Shown in pieces: positions 59,851 to 64,000 of a stretch of 64,000 nucleotides of DNA. The DNA comes from Giardia intestinalis. Lineage: Eukaryota. The notes beneath the pieces are model-generated. The model saw only the letters and a list, made by a program, of their open reading frames with translations. It made no database searches and was not told the DNA's origin. The stretch is from assembly GCA_000002435.2 (NCBI GenBank), contig CM018791.1; one strand, 5' to 3'. Position 1 is the first letter of the stretch, and the number at the start of each line of letters is the position of its first letter. Made by a program: the position numbers and the translations under genes.

Positions 59851-61446
59851 CTACAGGGACATGCTCCTACTCTCAAGGAGCCCTGGGATAAGCACCTCTT
59901 CAGCAGGCCTGCCATCATCCGGTGTGCGATAGAAGGGAGCGAGCTCGTCCTGGTTCAACCTATCTGCAGCTGTGTTAACCGTTGCATGAACAATTCTGTG
60001 TGATTGGTTGTGGCTGTATCGCTCGTCTGCAGGATTCAGCCAGGTGTGATCTCCAGAATGATGGAATATGTCATGGAGAAGAGTCCCGGGTCTATTACAT
60101 GACCAAAAACGCATATCCTTATCGTCCCCGATGGTTGCTAGTACATGTCCGTTGGGATGATATGCTAAGTCTAAGATCTGCTGCGTGTCCTTTGTGCTTC
60201 TGTGCGCTCTAGTAATCGTTTCGAGTGGGCGCAAGTGTATAGGATCGCTGGAATGCTCTGACGTACTTATCCCTAGTACGCTTTCCAGTGTTACTTCATC
60301 CAGAGAGGAGACAGGGTAGGTGCCGGAAATGTTGACTTCATGGGCCACAGCCAGGTCAAAGAAGGACACGTTCCCCCCGCTGTCACCCACGGCAAAAGTG
60401 CTGGGCAAAACAGGATTCCACTTCATGCACGTAGGGTCATTATTTAAGGAAACCATGTAAATGGGTTCGGAGGGGTTGCGTATGTCATAGATACGTACTC
60501 GCTTATCGCATGATCCAACAACGTAAATGCTGCCTGAGCTGTGCCAATTCAAAAAGGAGATCTTATTTTCACGTGGGACCTTTGCAGAAAGGATATGCGC
60601 ATGGCTACCCACAGGGTCTTTCTTGCTCTTCGTGTTTATTCGCAGATCCCAGATTGAAATTCCGCCTGTGTACTCTCCTATTAGCAGCAGGGGAGAGAAC
60701 GGGTGGCAGGCAAGGGAAGTCAAGCTACTGTCAAATCCAGTTATAGTGATCAAAGTCTTGAAACACGTATCAACCGAGTTACTGAGGTGCGACACGATTG
60801 CTGTCTTATCACAACATGTGACAAAGTGAGACCCATCACCTGCAACAGCCATATCTGTGATACAGCCCTTATGGACCTGCTTTCCATAGCACTCCTTACT
60901 CGGTAACCGATTGAGAAAATTATCTAGATATACGACATATCCGTTGCCTGACGAAGTGAGGATATCGTTTTCCCCCGTGGGGAGGACGCGGAGCCTAGTT
61001 ATGAACGCCGATGAGCCGCTTTCCTTTCCGACCTTGTGAATAGTCTCCATGTAAAAGTAGGAAAAGTCGTACGTGTTATGGTACACGATGTCCCCACGCT
61101 CTATCCCCGCGAGAATAAAGCGCCCGTCGCTATTGAACTCACAACAGCGCATCTGGACATAGTCCTTTTTTGACTCCGAAACCTCGACCTTCTTGTGCTG
61201 GATGTACTTATCTAGTACGGGATCTAATGGTACATACATCCGGGAGTAGCAATTGAGAGGAAGTGGGACATCTGTCAAGCGAGGAAAATGAGACTGATTC
61301 ATGAGGTCTGCTAAGTAGAGCATATGGTTGTTAGCATAATCAATTGTCTTGTTGGCTTTGGCCTTCGAGATAGAGGTCCCATTCTTCTGCTGAACAACAG
61401 GGCCTGAATCGCGGCCATGGTGACCATGGTTGTGGCTATGATGCAT
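59851..61446 (-). CDS. WD40-repeat protein, WDR33/Pfs2-like (candidate mRNA 3'-end processing factor), 531 aa
   Basis: ATG at 61446 with a His-rich N-terminus (MHHSHNHGHHG). Multiple WD repeats are present (GGISIWDLR, RVRIYDIRN, GNVSFFDLA). The final blade LAYHPNGHVLATIGDDKDMRFWSCNRPG closely matches the WDR33/Pfs2 signature [28 protein letters not shown]. Confidence 0.8.
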   Translation of the reverse strand: MHHSHNHGHHGRDSGPVVQQKNGTSISKAKANKTIDYANNHMLYLADLMNQSHFPRLTDVPLPLNCYSRMYVPLDPVLDKYIQHKKVEVSESKKDYVQMRCCEFNSDGRFILAGIERGDIVYHNTYDFSYFYMETIHKVGKESGSSAFITRLRVLPTGENDILTSSGNGYVVYLDNFLNRLPSKECYGKQVHKGCITDMAVAGDGSHFVTCCDKTAIVSHLSNSVDTCFKTLITITGFDSSLTSLACHPFSPLLLIGEYTGGISIWDLRINTKSKKDPVGSHAHILSAKVPRENKISFLNWHSSGSIYVVGSCDKRVRIYDIRNPSEPIYMVSLNNDPTCMKWNPVLPSTFAVGDSGGNVSFFDLAVAHEVNISGTYPVSSLDEVTLESVLGISTSEHSSDPIHLRPLETITRAHRSTKDTQQILDLAYHPNGHVLATIGDDKDMRFWSCNRPGTLLHDIFHHSGDHTWLNPADERYSHNQSHRIVHATVNTAADRLNQDELAPFYRTPDDGRPAEEVLIPGLLESRSMSL

Positions 61447-61603
61447 CTGACTAAGCGTATGTAAGAAGCCCGCAGTTCACTGACTCTTCCCGAGAAACGC
61501 AGCTGCTGTGACTGAGGTCAAGAGGCTGGTGCACCGACTTGTTTGAATTGGGTTAATGGACAGAATAAATGAAAAGACAGCAAACAAAGTGGAGAAAGTA
61601 TAG

Positions 61604-62251
61604 ATGTGGCTTTTCGTGTCCCTTCTTGTGGCTGCTGCGTCATCATGCTTCAATAACCCTAAGCTTATTCTGAAGGAGAAGGTGCTGTGTGTTTCTTATG
61701 AGGCTCCAGCCAAGAAGCAATGTTCCCTCCAGGCCAGAGAGATGTACAAGGCAAAGCTTGAGTTTGAGGCTAAGGATGGGCAACAGGTGGTCTACCATAA
61801 TCACAACGCCGTTTACGGAGCCATAGACGCTTGTTTTGTCAACACGGACCACCACTTTACCTTTGCAAAGGGACAAGTTCAGTTTACCATGGGAAATGAA
61901 ACAGTAGCGGTAACAAATATAGAGGCTAATGAGCTCATCTATGTTTCCTTGGCACCTGGGTCTGGCCCTGCTCCCTCAAAGGGGGAGACTGTGATGGCTC
62001 ATTACACTGGGATGTATCTCAACGGAACAGTCTTTGACACATCGCGCAAGAGATCCTTCCCATTCATGTTCCACTTAGGCCAGAATGAAGTCATCTCTGG
62101 CTGGGATCTCACTTTTGCGTCTATGCAAGCCAAGGAAAAAGGCATTATCGTTGTTCCTTATCAATATGGCTACGGAGAGCAGGGAATTCCCCCTACGATT
62201 CCCCCCAGATCTACCCTTGTTTTCGAAGTAGAACTAGTTCAGATAAATTAA
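61604..62251 (+). CDS. FKBP-type peptidyl-prolyl cis-trans isomerase with an N-terminal signal peptide, 215 aa
   Basis: ATG at 61604. The hydrophobic leader is MWLFVSLLVAAASSCF. A ~100-aa N-terminal extension is followed by a canonical FKBP domain (GETVMAHYTGMYLNGTVFDTSRKRSFPFMFHLGQNEVISGWDLTFASMQAKEKGIIVVPYQYGYGEQGIPPTIPPRSTLVFEVELVQIN). Confidence 0.9.
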   Translation: MWLFVSLLVAAASSCFNNPKLILKEKVLCVSYEAPAKKQCSLQAREMYKAKLEFEAKDGQQVVYHNHNAVYGAIDACFVNTDHHFTFAKGQVQFTMGNETVAVTNIEANELIYVSLAPGSGPAPSKGETVMAHYTGMYLNGTVFDTSRKRSFPFMFHLGQNEVISGWDLTFASMQAKEKGIIVVPYQYGYGEQGIPPTIPPRSTLVFEVELVQIN

Positions 62252-62290
62252 TCCAGCAGATATTGCATCCTTTGATACTGGGGTGTGGAT

Positions 62291-64000
62291 TTACTCTAAG
62301 ACACTTAAGAAAGTAAACAGCTCATTCTCAATACCTGGCACAATGCCTCTACTGCCCAGTGATGCAATTCTCTGCTCTTCGGCGCCGATCAGGGGACCAA
62401 ATATGGACTTAAGTAGTGGTGAACTGTTTGCTAAAACAATGCTAGATAGATCTACCTGAAGCTGACACGGAAGCAATTTGTCTGCTCGGGCCTTTGCTTG
62501 GGCTGTGAAGGCATCTGCAAGCCCCTGAAGCGCAGTCTTTCCAATAAACGCCATAAGCAAATAGGGCATTGCAGATGCAAATCTGGCAAGAGAGGAATTG
62601 AAGGTGGCTGCTATCCTTAGCGCCAGATTAGAAGGCAGAGGAGAAGCTGCAGCTGACGTTTGTACACTGGCCTGCCTAAATGCTTGAGTCACTTCTGGAA
62701 GAGAGAGAACATCCTTGATAATTGCTGTGCTTACGTGCTTGATCACAGATTGAAGTGATCTAGAAGAACAGCGGTAAAGGTCACGCAAAACAAAGAAGTA
62801 ATCATTAATAGTGATCGGGTCGAGCTGTTTCTTTAGCATGGAGCGCAAATTATTAGCGCTAGATGGGATGACCGTAGCAATCATAAAACAAATGGAAGAA
62901 ATGAGAGCATATCCATAGTTGTACTGATACTCTGTCACGTTTCTTGCAGCTGATGCTATGCCCTGAGACGCTATGGAGCTCTTTGCACGCTCAATACCTG
63001 CCAAGGATAGATCTACCTCACCCAGCTTTGCAACCATGTACTCCATTATTTTTGCTGTCAAACCAGAGAATATCCGGCGCAGGTCTGGTACAAGGACCTT
63101 GAAGTCTATGAGATTTGCGTACGAGACATATATGCTCTTAACGAAACTAAGTGTGGCCGCTACGATGTCAAAGATTGGCATGACAGTGTTGAGGAGGGTC
63201 ACCAGTTGGACCGGTGCATCCTTAGACTTCACGCGAATAAACGGCTCGAGTACGTCTTCTAACGATACACTGCTGGACAAGCTGTAGGACATATCTATGG
63301 ACAGTCTCTCCCGAGCTGTCTCTGCGTCTGCCTGGGCTGCTACCCCACCAGGACCTGTAGCAGAATTGGTATCCCCTCCAATCAGATCTGGAAAGACGGT
63401 AACAAGAAGCTTACCAAGGAGATCGTGAAAGGGAAGAAGCTGCTCGATGCATAAGAGAAGATTCAGATAGGGGAATGTCTGGAACTTAGCTAGCTTAACA
63501 CAGGGCGGCTTTACCGTACTTGACCGACTAGTGTTTGCACTTGACCGCTTATTAATCCGATGATCATGCCAGTACCCATCTGCAAAGGTAAATCCATTGT
63601 TGAGTTGGACTATTGTTTCTGTGGTTACCGGTAGAAACTGATAGAAGGTCAAGGATACATCGTCTATTTCTTTGGTTACTATAGAATATTCATAAGTCCT
63701 GTAGGCACACAAATCGCTTAGCTCAAAGTACTTAGCTGTTGCAGATAGGAGGCTGCTGATAAGACCTGTGATAGTCTTCCGAAAGTGGGTTGCCAATCCC
63801 AACCCTGTGAACAAGTCGGATGTGAGCAGATCATACGTTTGCTTGAGGATGTCATTGAGCGAGGAAAAGGATTGCTGGAGAACAGAGGGGGTGTAGGATG
63901 CAAGAAAGCTTTTGTAGCTACCTGTCAACTGAGCACAAATCTTGCCTATGGTGTCCTGCGCCCAGAGAAACACCTTGGAGTTTAAGCGGTGAACAATCTC
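62291..64000 (-). CDS. Hypothetical protein, 3' portion. The 5' end lies beyond the window end.
   Basis: The track start at 63973 is GTG. The frame stays open upstream through to position 64000, so the true start is outside the window. No recognisable domain. Stop is at 62291-62293. Confidence 0.6.
   Translation of the reverse strand, partial: EIVHRLNSKVFLWAQDTIGKICAQLTGSYKSFLASYTPSVLQQSFSSLNDILKQTYDLLTSDLFTGLGLATHFRKTITGLISSLLSATAKYFELSDLCAYRTYEYSIVTKEIDDVSLTFYQFLPVTTETIVQLNNGFTFADGYWHDHRINKRSSANTSRSSTVKPPCVKLAKFQTFPYLNLLLCIEQLLPFHDLLGKLLVTVFPDLIGGDTNSATGPGGVAAQADAETARERLSIDMSYSLSSSVSLEDVLEPFIRVKSKDAPVQLVTLLNTVMPIFDIVAATLSFVKSIYVSYANLIDFKVLVPDLRRIFSGLTAKIMEYMVAKLGEVDLSLAGIERAKSSIASQGIASAARNVTEYQYNYGYALISSICFMIATVIPSSANNLRSMLKKQLDPITINDYFFVLRDLYRCSSRSLQSVIKHVSTAIIKDVLSLPEVTQAFRQASVQTSAAASPLPSNLALRIAATFNSSLARFASAMPYLLMAFIGKTALQGLADAFTAQAKARADKLLPCQLQVDLSSIVLANSSPLLKSIFGPLIGAEEQRIASLGSRGIVPGIENELFTFLSVLE

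Noticed and set aside
1-64000. Prokaryotic-style systems such as operons, defence islands, CRISPR, integrases or transposases
   Set aside because: No such signatures are present. The gene content and architecture are eukaryotic and diplomonad-like. I saw no direct-repeat arrays, IS-like inverted repeats or recombinase ORFs.

Overview
The window reads as a compact, intron-less eukaryotic nuclear segment, about 47-50% GC by eye and not prokaryotic. It contains very long single-exon ORFs of up to 20.9 kb, with intergenic spacers of only 11-375 bp. Convergent genes sit 11 bp apart, and one pair overlaps by 51 bp. AT-rich stretches lie immediately upstream of most ATGs. The families present are ankyrin/coiled-coil/ankyrin '21.1-like' proteins, a NEK kinase fused to a long ankyrin array, giant coiled-coil proteins, an iron-containing alcohol dehydrogenase of bacterial type, an ER-type FKBP and a WDR33/Pfs2-like WD40 protein. 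From established knowledge this combination points to a diplomonad such as Giardia intestinalis. That is an inference I cannot confirm without a database search. I call 16 protein-coding genes, two of them running off the window edges. I found no rRNA, tRNA, CRISPR array or transposon, and no introns were evident. The ORF track treats GTG and TTG as start codons. Several N-termini were therefore trimmed to the first ATG: 9999->10035, 25867->25798, 55731->55473, while 55582 and 63973 are GTG 'starts'. Most interesting for follow-up:
- a 6,973-aa single-exon ORF with no recognisable domain and a dense Cys/His cluster;
- a GC-rich island (~55.5-57.4 kb) holding a NEK-like kinase ORF with no ATG before its catalytic core, followed by an in-frame stop and ankyrin-repeat remnants, which may be a decaying NEK-ankyrin gene or may reflect sequence errors;
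- a small three-TM protein with Get1/WRB-like topology;
- a local array of four paralogous Ank-coiled-coil-Ank genes plus the NEK-Ank kinase in the first 17.6 kb.
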